A DNA stretch of 64,000 bases from the NCBI GenBank assembly GCA_951406725.2, contig OX597826.1, positions 46,872,001 to 46,936,000 of the forward strand, given 5' to 3'. The position numbers were made by a program, and so were the translations under genes. The notes beneath the pieces are model-generated. The model did not search any database, was not told the origin of the DNA, and saw only the letters and a list, made by a program, of their open reading frames with translations. The stretch comes from Octopus vulgaris. Taxonomy: Eukaryota. This document shows, one piece after another, positions 53,980 through 64,000 of this stretch; within the stretch, counting starts at the first letter, position 1; each line of letters begins with the position of its first letter.

Positions 53980-54835
53980 ATGATTTCAAATTTTGGCTCA
54001 AGGCTAGCAAGATTGGGGGAAAAGGAGAATTGATTACATCGACCTCAGTCCACAACTGGCACTTGTTTTATAGACCATAGAGAGATGAAAAGCAAAGTCA
54101 ACCTCGGAAGAATTTGAACTCAGAACGTAAGGACATATGAAATGCTGCTAAGCATTTTTCCCGGCGTGCTAACAATGCTTATTTCTTTATTGCCCACAAG
54201 GGGCTAAACACAGAGGGGACAAACAAGGACAGACAAACGCATTAAGTCGATTACATCGACCCCCACTGCGTAACTGGTAATTATTTAATCGACCCCGAAA
54301 GGATGAAAGGCAAAGTCGACCTCGGCGGAATTTGAACTTAGAACGTAGCGGCAGACGAAATACCTATTTCTTTACTACCCACAAAGGGCTAAACACAGAG
54401 AGGACAAACAAGGACAGACACACGGATTAAGTCGATGTAATCGACCCCAGTGCGTAACTGGTATTTAATTTATCGACCCCGAAAGGATGAAAGGCAAAGT
54501 CGACCTCGGCGGAATTTGAACTCAGAACGTAACGGCAGACGAAATACGGCTACGCATTTCGCCCGGCGTGATAACGTTTCTGCCAGCTCGCCACCTTATA
54601 TATATTTCTTTACTACCCACAAGGGGCTAAACACAGAGGGGACATACAAGGACAGACAAACGGATTAAGTCGATTATATCGACCCTAGTGCGTAACTGGT
54701 ACTTAAATTATCGACCCCGAAAGGATGAAAGGCAAAGTCGACCTCGGCGAAATTTGAACTCAGAACGTAACGGCAGACGAAATACGGCTACGCATTTCGC
54801 CCGGCGTGATAACGTTTCTGCCAGTTCGCCACCTT
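53980..54835 (-). repeat. SINE family A cluster: monomer, head plus two bodies, old monomer
   Basis: Bodies at 54179, 54364 and 54603, with heads ending at 54597 and 54835. Confidence 0.9.
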
Positions 54836-55754
54836 ATATTATATAATAATAATATATACTTCAACCACTTTCAGTGAAAAAAATCGTTATATTCTTGTAT
54901 AGTATTGGGTTCTACTCTTCCCTTTCATTACTACATGCAAATATATAAAATGTAATATAACGTAACATATTACATTATATTGTAATATAATGTAGAACCG
55001 TTACCGACAAAATGCTCAGAAGCATTTCGCTCGTCTTTACATTCTGCTCTCGGATTATCTGCGCGCAAAGTATGCATCGGTCCACCGATTCCCTTCTGTT
55101 TTTCATTAATATTATTATTTTAACGGTTTACATTGAAAGAAGGGCTCAAGCACACAGGTCACACAGATCCTCAATATATGATCAGATCGACTGAATGTTG
55201 ATAGCTAAAGGAAAAAAAAAACACATGGGTTTCTAGAGAATTCGAGAAGACCAATACTAAGAGAAGAATCGCTGAGATTAGAGAATGGTCAATGTTGCGA
55301 TTTGAGATGAAAATATAGGTGGTAAAATCAATAGAGTCGAGATGATTGAACCGAGGTGGCAAAAGACAAAGTGAGGGTATGGAAGGACTGATGACCAATG
55401 TTTGGAACATATGAGCGAAGAACTTCGTGCCCATCAGATGGATGCAGACTACGTACATACGCACATACACTCTGTGTAATCGATTCATTTGGCCCAATAC
55501 CCAATCAGCTACTTTAAGAATTAAGGCGTGTGTTGCTGACCTACAGGAAATTGTTATCCTGTAATCAGCAAAAATTCTAAGAAAAATCCTCGAGATTTGA
55601 GGAGGCTTGTCACGAAAGCCTCATGATCCTCATAATAACATCCATGCTAAGTGAAGGAAGTGACAATCGTAACTGAAGAAGAAGACGAAGAAGAAGAAAA
55701 AGAAAAAGAAAAGGAAGAAGAAGAAGAACAACAACAACAATGATAATATTAAAA

Positions 55755-55905
55755 ATGGTTTCAAATTTTGGTACAAGGCCAGCAAGTTCGGGTATGGGGT
55801 TAAGTCGATTACATCGAACGCAGTGCTCAACTCGTACTTATTTTATCGACCCCTAAAGGATTAAAGTAAAGTCCACTTTGGCGTAATTTGAACTCAGAAT
55901 GTAAA
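55755..55905 (-). mobile_element. SINE family A, old-type partial
   Basis: GGTACAAGGCCAGCAAG...TTTGAACTCAGAATGTAAA. Confidence 0.75.
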
Positions 55906-55922
55906 AGAGTTCAAATTTCGCC

Positions 55923-56402
55923 AATGTTTTATCATGGTGTGAAAAATGGCCTACAGCAAACATTTTGCTCAATACCACTAATTTGTCTGTCAATTGCTTG
56001 ACCGTAACCAGTTGAGCAGGTCCCTTAGTGCTCCGCGTCTCTGGTTACGAGCAAGAGTAGTGGGGGAAGCATCATGGACATGTGTTGATAGGAATTCTTT
56101 GAGATTTGAATAATTCACTTCTGGAAACACGGGTGTTTCATTCATCATTCTTAAAGAACCCTTATTTAGGGGCCCTTTTGAGCGGGATGGGCTACTCAAT
56201 CTGAAGAAAAAATTCCAACTGGGCCCCACCTGCATGGTCATGCGCTGTTTATCTTGATACGAAATCACCATGTCACACACGTAATGTTGTGATGCATGTG
56301 CCTGGAGTACGTTTATCAGACGGGTAGTCATGGCCGGTATATTGGGCTTCGTTTAATTGTATCCCAGCTCCACTTTCATGGCATACGCTGCTCACTCACA
56401 CA
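55923..56402 (+). mobile_element. Non-coding (TAA)n-associated repeat, 5'-truncated copy
   Basis: Homologous to 14497-15016. Confidence 0.8.
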
Positions 56403-56443
56403 ATAACAACAACAACAGCAACAATAATAATAACAATACTAAT

Positions 56444-56980
56444 GTTCTCTGATGCAGTACTAGACTCTCATGGCTCTCATGGCTTCTGATGTTAAATAAT
56501 TGGAAGTGATATCATGTACATTGTTTAGTCTTAGTATGGGCTACAGCAAATATTCTGCTCAATACCACAGATTTGCTTGTCATTTGTTTGACCTTAACCA
56601 GTTGACCATGTCCCTTAGTGGCTGACGACATGTGCATCTCTGATTATGAGCAGAAGTTGTGGGTGAATATCATAGCCATGTATTGAGAGGAATTTTTTGA
56701 TGTTTTGATAATTCATGTTTCATACCACATACTTAAACAACCTTATTAAGGGATCTTTTGAGCAGGATGGGTTACTCAACCTGAAGAAAATTCTAACTGG
56801 GTCCCGCCTGCAAGGTCATGCACTATTTATCTTGATATGAGATCACCATGTCGCGCACATACGGTTATGATACATGTGCCTGATGTACCCTTACCAGACG
56901 GGTAGTCATGACGGGTATACTGGGATTCATATATTTCAATCCGGTGTCACTTTGATGGCATGCACTGCTATCTCACTCAG
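56444..56980 (+). mobile_element. Non-coding (TAA)n-associated repeat, near full copy
   Basis: CTGATGCAGTAC...GCATGCACTGCTATCTCACTCAG, followed by (TAA/TGA)n. Confidence 0.85.
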
Positions 56981-57027
56981 TAATAATAATGATGATGATA
57001 ATGATGATGATGATAATAATAATATTG

Positions 57028-57093
<66 letters not shown>

Positions 57094-57359
57094 TAGTAGA
57101 AGAAGATAATACAAATAAAGAAATAAAATAAAAGTTATAAAGAATTTCATACCAGCCAGAATTTTGAAGAACAGACAAGGTTCCATACCGTTTCAAGTTT
57201 GATAGTTCTCAGCTCCCATTTCAAACCCTGGTTGGATTCAGATTTGCCTTTCATCCTTTTCAGATCGATAAAATAATTACCAGTAATACACTCTAATCGA
57301 TTCCGTCGTTCCCTATATATGTGTGTGTGTGTGTAAGTACACACACACACATGCACATA

Positions 57360-57551
<192 letters not shown>

Positions 57552-58471
57552 ACACACACACTCATTCACTATATGCTGGCACTACACACCTCACCTACAA
57601 AGATCGGCTTCGCTCCTTGTCAAAAGGAATCCATATTATCATATATGCTAACTCTTCATCGTTTTTTGTTTGTTGTTTGTTTGTGTATTTGTGTGTGTGT
57701 GTGTGTGTTAGTTTATATCAAAACATGATGCATCAAAGTAAAATCAAACATTAAAACACACACACGTAAACACACCTACACACCTTGCTAAATACACACA
57801 CATTCGCATACTTATACACCCATTCATGCGTATATGCACACACACACACGCATACACCTATCCCAAGGCATTCTTGCGTTGAGATTGTTCTTTCAAATGC
57901 GTCACATTAACTTTATTCACTGATGTAAGCCATCAAACCTTGAGCGCACATAAAACAACATAAGCAACAATCGACGAAAACAATTTAACGTTCAGTCATT
58001 GTACATTCATTAAAATCTCTGCATATCATTAACGAAGCAATGAAAGTTGATATAAAAGTGAAAGTAGGATTGATTTAAATGTCGTTTATCTACTATTTAA
58101 TGTTACTTCTACATAAATAACAACCAGGTCTGCTGTTGATGTTGCCTTATCCGAACCATTCTGATGTGTGATTGCCGTGGTTTTTACAGCATTCGCTCGT
58201 TTGGTGCGAGGAGGACAGTTGAAGCTATTAAAAAGGGAAGATTTTCTTTTGTACATATTTGAAATTATTTGTGTACACAGCTCATTAAATTAACGTACCG
58301 TAAGTTCACGTCTTCATTATAGCATTATAACGATCTACAATATTATCACACACACACACGCACACACATGCATACATACACAAATACATGCATACATACA
58401 TATATACATACACGCGTACACATATATGTATAAATGCGTATGTGTGAGTATATATATAACTATATGTAAAG

Positions 58472-58504
<33 letters not shown>

Positions 58505-58574
58505 CTATTTATCTACATTCATACATTCATAATGTATACATATGTATGTATGCATATATATATATGTATGTATA

Positions 58575-58632
<58 letters not shown>

Positions 58633-59648
58633 TATGTGTGTGTGTGTGTGCGTACAAAAGTATACATATACATACGAATGCTCAAATATCCATATGTGTA
58701 TATATATATCGCCGATATATCAGTTGCTGCGAAATATTGTAAGCTATACTTTCAATGTATAATGCAAATTATAAGAAGAATTCATATAAAAAATATAACA
58801 AACGAAAAATAAAATAAAATATAACAAAATAACCAACGAATTTTTTATTGTATTTTTTCTTAATGGTCAGAAAGAAATAGTTTAAATCTTTTTCTATGGA
58901 CCATAAGTATCTTTCTGATATCAAAATTTAATGTTGTGATATACCATTGAAAACTCATGAAATAAAAGTCTTCATGAATAAGGAATACGGTTGCTTTCAA
59001 AAAACGAGAATATTTCTGTTAGGACCCCATAGTCTTCGATAATGATTCTCTGATGAATAATTCAACTATTAGTTTCGATTTTTACATTTATTTTACCAGC
59101 TTGTTAATGGTCGTTTCTTGGAAAATAGTTAGTTCCTTAGAATGATGACATACCTTACGACACACACACCCACACTCACACACACATAAATATATATAAG
59201 CATGCATATAGGTATATATGTATGTATGCATTTATGTATTTACGTATGCGTGTATTATAGACGTTTCTTTTTCTTTTAAACCACTTTCGTTGCTGTCGAG
59301 TTGGCAGAATCGTTTTGAGCGTCGGAAGAAACTGTCTTGCAGTTTTTCTTTCGAGTGTCTACAATCTCAGTTCAAATCTCACCGATATCATCTTTATCTT
59401 TTTTTCCCCTCTGCAGTCAATAAAATAAACCCCGCGACGATATCCATCCCCTCAAACTTTTTGACCTTGTCCCTAAATTATAACCGTACACAAACACACA
59501 CATGTTGTTGAAGACGCCAAATTGTGTTTTAGTTCCTTTAGCCGATAACTGATGAAAATTTAGTGACCTGTGTCTGTTTCCTTTTTGTTGGTGCATTTCT
59601 TATATGTTTTTACCTTATCATATATATATATATAAATTTATAAATAAG

Positions 59649-59680
59649 GATAATATCGATATTTAAATATCGATATTATC
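59649..59680. repeat. Perfect 32-bp palindrome
   Basis: GATAATATCGATATTT AAATATCGATATTATC. Confidence 0.95.
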
Positions 59681-59728
59681 AAGTGGCCAGCATGGGAAAA
59701 ATACCATACAAAGGTAATAATTTTTTAC

Positions 59729-59858
59729 AACTAAAAATAAGGGCGTCTGAGAGACACCCCATGCCGAAATAGCAGTCAAATCCCTGACTCTAAAAACCAC
59801 GTTAAATTGACTGCTATTCCGGCATGGTGATGTCTGTCAGACACCCTTATTTTTAGTT
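59729..59858. repeat. Inverted repeat with ~51-bp arms
   Basis: 59729-59779 versus 59807-59858. Confidence 0.9.
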
Positions 59859-59871
59859 ATATATATATATA

Positions 59872-59994
59872 CTTTATTTAAAAGCGGCAGAAATATAACA
59901 AAAGCTGTTACTCAAAGTTTCACGTTCCCGTTCGTCGGGAACGTGAAACTCTGAGTAACAGCTTTTGCTATATTTTTGCTGCTTTTAAATAAAG
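59872..59994. repeat. Fold-back with 59-bp arms and a 5-nt loop
   Basis: 59872-59930 versus 59936-59994, with 4 mismatches. Confidence 0.92.
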
Positions 59995-60066
59995 CATATT
60001 ACTCTACCTCTGGTATTTGAGTACTCTTTTTTTTTACTTTGTTTCACATTTATGTGCTTACTCCGG

Positions 60067-60103
<37 letters not shown>

Positions 60104-60963
60104 ATATATATATATAATCTGATGTCGTAGCCTGTATCAAGGATTCTCTATTTTACTTGGTTATGCTATCGTAAAGTCTCAGTCAACATATGTTTCTCTC
60201 TGAGGGCTTTGCCTATTAAAACATGGTTATGTCTATGAGCTATTTTGAAACAGGTTGTTCATTTGCTTTATGCGCACACACACAAAAATAAAAATCCCAG
60301 TAAAACAAAAACAGCCTGTTAAAAATTATATAGTACAGACATATATTCATCGTTCAGTCTAAGTTTAACTATATTATTGGAATTATATATCGTCAACACA
60401 TATTTTTCTTTTTTTTTTTTGCACAGACTATGGAGCAATTAAAAGCTACCTTATAATTATTTAAACATAAGCTGAAGAAATTAATCGATGACTGCTATTT
60501 TCAACATCGACATAAAGGCAATAAATTTGAGCGATCAAATTTCAGGTAAAAGTAAAACTAAAGTGTGAACGATAGTAGTCGTTCGCAGAATTCCAAAAAA
60601 AGAATCCAAACTGACTGTGTTGATATACAAGTGCTAAAGTGGGAAAGAAAATATTGACAGAAGGCCTCTGGTATGGTGTTAGATACACAGTGTATTGTGA
60701 AAGTAAAGATGGTGTAGTATTAAATACATAGTGAGGTGTCAGTGAAGTATACATGTGTTCGATGTCTAAGAGGTTCTCATGTTTTACTCAATTCCTTTAG
60801 AAAGCCGCTTTCCATATACGCAAACACGCGCACACGCACACATGTATAAGGAGAGAGAGAGAGAGGGAGAGAGAGAGAGGGGGAGAGAGAGGGAGAGAGA
60901 GAGGGGGAGAGAGAGAGGGAGAGAGAGAGGGGGAGAGAGAGAGGTAGAGAGACAAAGATAAGT

Positions 60964-60996
<33 letters not shown>

Positions 60997-61409
60997 TATA
61001 TGTGTGTGTGTCTGTGTGTGTGTGTAGAATGTACTGTTCCGTGATGGTAAGATCAACAAAATCAGTACTCTATCTGTTGAGAGATAAATATTATTGATAG
61101 AGACAATACATGTTTTCATGTGCTGCTAATAGTTTCGTATGTTGAGAAATACCTCAAACAAACATATTCATCAGGTACAACCCACGTATCATGACGAATT
61201 AAAAAAAACTGAATCAGAGAAGAAACGCGAACACTTGAGAAGAGAACATATAGGAAACGTGGAAGGTTAAAAAATGGTAAACGATAATTGGAAAATAAAA
61301 AAGAAAAGATAAAAAATATTAAAAAATATAAGAGATATTTCCCTTAGACCTTAAATTATCAGGCTGGAAAGATATCAACAAATTAATCAGGTATAGACGA
61401 AATTTTCTA

Positions 61410-62810
61410 ATTCTTCAAAAGGTATTTCAACATATGTTTACAACTACTGAAAATTTCAGACCTAGAGGTCAGTAGTGAATTAGTAATCTTAGATCTGAAA
61501 TGTATCTGATCTCTTTCGGTTTAAGACGATTTACATTTATTTGATGCATTAACATAAAGTGTGGATTTTTTCAATTATTTTCCACTTAATCACATGTGGT
61601 GTTGGGTTCGATTTAAAACTCCATATGGCGCTAACAAACATAGTAGCTTTGTTTTTGTCCTTATGTCGGATGGAGGCTATGTGATTGGCGTGGCGATTTT
61701 TAATTTCTCCTTCTCATAATCCAATATAGGTCTTATTTGTTGTCTTATCATATAGCGTTGCAGTAACTTCTGCCTCATATATGACAGATGCAATCATACA
61801 TCATTGGTCAAGTAGACAGGATCCTGGTCCAGGCAGTTACAACAAGATATAGGCTCTTGGTATTGATCTCGTGTGATGATATTCTTCATATTGGGGCAGG
61901 AACTATATGATAATTTCACAGAACGCCTATTAAATATTTTCCAGTATCTGCGAGTCGCTGGAAAATTTTATCTAGGAGAGACGGGAATGTTTTTACCTAT
62001 ACTCTTTACTCTTTTACACGTTTCAGTCACTTGACTGTGGCCATGCTAGAGCGCCACCTTTAGTCGAAAAAATCGACTTCAGAACTTATTCTTTGTTAGC
62101 CTAGTACTTGTTCTATCGGGTTCTTTTGCCGAACTGCTAAGTTTCGGAGACATAAATACACCAACATCGATTGTCAAACACAGGGGGAACACAGTAACAA
62201 AGACACACACACACACATATGTATATCTATCTATCTATCTCTCTCTATATATATATATACACGACGGGCTTCTTTTAGTTAACAAATCCACTCACAAGGT
62301 TTTGGTCGGCCGAAAGCTATAGTAGGGTGCCACGCAGTGGGACTGAACCTGAAACCACGTGGTTAAGCAAGCTCCTTGTCACGCAGCCACGCAAGGAAAA
62401 AGGAAAGGGCAAACCAAATAATTTTCCTTGGTCTATTTTTAGGTCTATTATTATTACTCTGATTAATATTAGAAGAATTATGTATAAATTTATCTTTGAA
62501 GCTACTATTGGCTAGGGCATTGTTATAGTAGGGAGCTGCTTTCTGGAAAAATTCTTCAGAGGAATAGAGGTTAAACATGCTGTTACTAATATTAGCTATC
62601 AGGTTTCTAAAAATGACAGTGGGGTAACAAAACCTTATGTATATAGGCGTGTTTCTCATTAGGCATATGGAAAAGGTTATTCGAGGAGGGGTTCAGATCG
62701 AGAGAAACATCTAAGAAATCAACTATAGACAGATTAGTAGCTACTGCAAGTTTAAGATCTCCTTGACTGAAGCTAGATAGATAACTAGACAGAGGGAATA
62801 CTGTAAAGTT
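61410..62810 (-). mobile_element. Penelope-like element remnant (RT C-terminus + GIY-YIG endonuclease)
   Basis: NLSIVDFLDVSLDL, KAAPYYNNAL, RPRKIIWF, SVKLSYSSCPNMK, VIYEAEV...YIGL and IKWKII. Interrupted by a SINE. Confidence 0.88.
62000..62392 (-). mobile_element. SINE family B inserted in the Penelope remnant
   Basis: Reverse-complement match to 63093-63535. Confidence 0.85.
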
Positions 62811-62980
62811 ACTGGCTTCAGGCTATCGCGAAAGGCCTGGGTGGAAACCCAAACTTCACAGTTCTTCGACATGGCTTATAAAAACTGAAGGACCACTGCA
62901 ATATGTGTTTGGATTTGAGAGAAGAATATGTTGAATAAAATCATAATTAACTGATCCTCTTGCATTTTCTTTTACCCCAA
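62805..62980 (+). mobile_element. Mariner-derived MITE, partial
   Basis: Internal match to 9443-9659. Confidence 0.75.
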
Positions 62981-63034
62981 TGTGTGTGTATATATATATA
63001 TCCATACATACATACACACACACGCATATATATA

Positions 63035-63092
<58 letters not shown>

Positions 63093-63094
<2 letters not shown>

Positions 63095-63255
63095 CGTAGG
63101 AGTGGCTGTGTGGTAAGTAGCTTGCTTACCAACCACATGGTTCCGGGTTCAGTCCCACTGTGTGGAACCTTGGGCAAGTGTCTTCTACTATAGCCTCGGG
63201 CCGACCAAAGCCTTGTGAGTGGATTTGGTAGACGGAAACTGAAAGAAGCCCGTCG

Positions 63256-63326
<71 letters not shown>

Positions 63327-63535
63327 TTGTGTGTCTGTGTTTGTCCCCCTAGTATTGCTTGACAACCAATGCTGGTGTGTTTATGTCCCCGTCACTTAGC
63401 CGTTTGGCAAAAGAGGCCGATAGAATAAGTACTGGGCTTACAAAGAATAAGTCCCTGGGTCGAGTTGCTCGACTAAAGGCAGTGCTCCAGCATGGCCGCA
63501 GTCAAATGACTGAAACAAGTAAAAGTGTAAAAGAG
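63093..63535 (+). mobile_element. SINE family B, full length
   Basis: A-box TGGCTGTGTGG, B-box-like GGTTCAGTCCC, ACCTTGGGCAAGT, internal (TA)n(TG)n and a GTAAAAG tail. Confidence 0.9.
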
Positions 63536-63546
63536 CTCTTTTGATA

Positions 63547-63639
<93 letters not shown>

Positions 63640-63857
63640 AATGCAAATACCGAGAAATCTTGCGTAACAGGTGTTAGTTCAACGAGATACATCTTGTGAT
63701 CTTGTAATCACCCGAGGTGACATATCTACACCGAAGGATATACCTAGACCAGATAATCAGTATTCCACCTGTGAAGGATCGATGCTAGATGGTCGAAAAA
63801 ATGTAGTGATCAATAAACTTTCTCGTATCTTCCGTCTTCCGGCTCTCTCATTAATCA
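63640..63857 (+). mobile_element. (TA)n-embedded element with a decayed hammerhead-like motif
   Basis: CAC-CTGTGAA-G-GATCG...TGGTC-GAAA-AAAT-GTA-GTG at 63766-63808. Confidence 0.4.
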
Positions 63858-63889
63858 TATATATATATATATATATACATATATATAGC

Positions 63890-64000
63890 TTACGATCGTG
63901 AGATTGTGAGCTCGAATCCCGGACCGGTCTGCTTGTTCTGTTCTTGAGCAAGACACTTTATTTCACGTTGCTCCAGTTCACTCAGCTGTAGAAATGAGTT
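63890..64000 (+). mobile_element. SINE family D, partial
   Basis: CTTGAGCAAGACACTTTATTTCACGTTGCTCCAGTTCACTCAGCTG. Confidence 0.8.

Noticed and set aside
55190-55640. Possible CR1/Jockey 3' remnant on the minus strand
   Set aside because: Similarity is too faint to support by eye.

Overview
AT-rich animal genomic DNA, very dense in microsatellites ((TA)n, (CA)n, (TAA)n, (TCTA)n, (TTC)n). The SINE repertoire suggests an octopus or similar cephalopod, but this is inference. No host protein-coding exon is recognisable and nearly all listed ORFs are microsatellite artefacts. Real coding remnants are all from mobile elements. Four R4/Dong-type restriction-like-endonuclease (RLE) LINE fragments are stacked in (TAA)n tracts at 13.0-17.6 kb, and one keeps an open ~570-aa RT-CCHC-RLE frame. 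There are also RTE LINE pieces, a mariner remnant, a deleted Gypsy element and a Penelope (RT + GIY-YIG) remnant. Non-coding repeats include several tRNA-derived SINE families, hAT and mariner MITEs and a Helitron-like element. The most interesting layer is a set of short elements, mostly embedded in (TA)n, that carry hammerhead-ribozyme-like cores. These include an intact minimal type I motif (8047-8081), a non-circularly permuted motif (8480-8542, minus strand), a copy ending exactly at its predicted cleavage site (42112) and fold-back pairs. Other highlights are a covarying 3' UTR stem-loop in three diverged RLE LINEs, a non-coding (TAA)n-associated element, and one-head/many-body SINE arrays with a 184-bp period. 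All RNA structures were paired by eye and none is tested.
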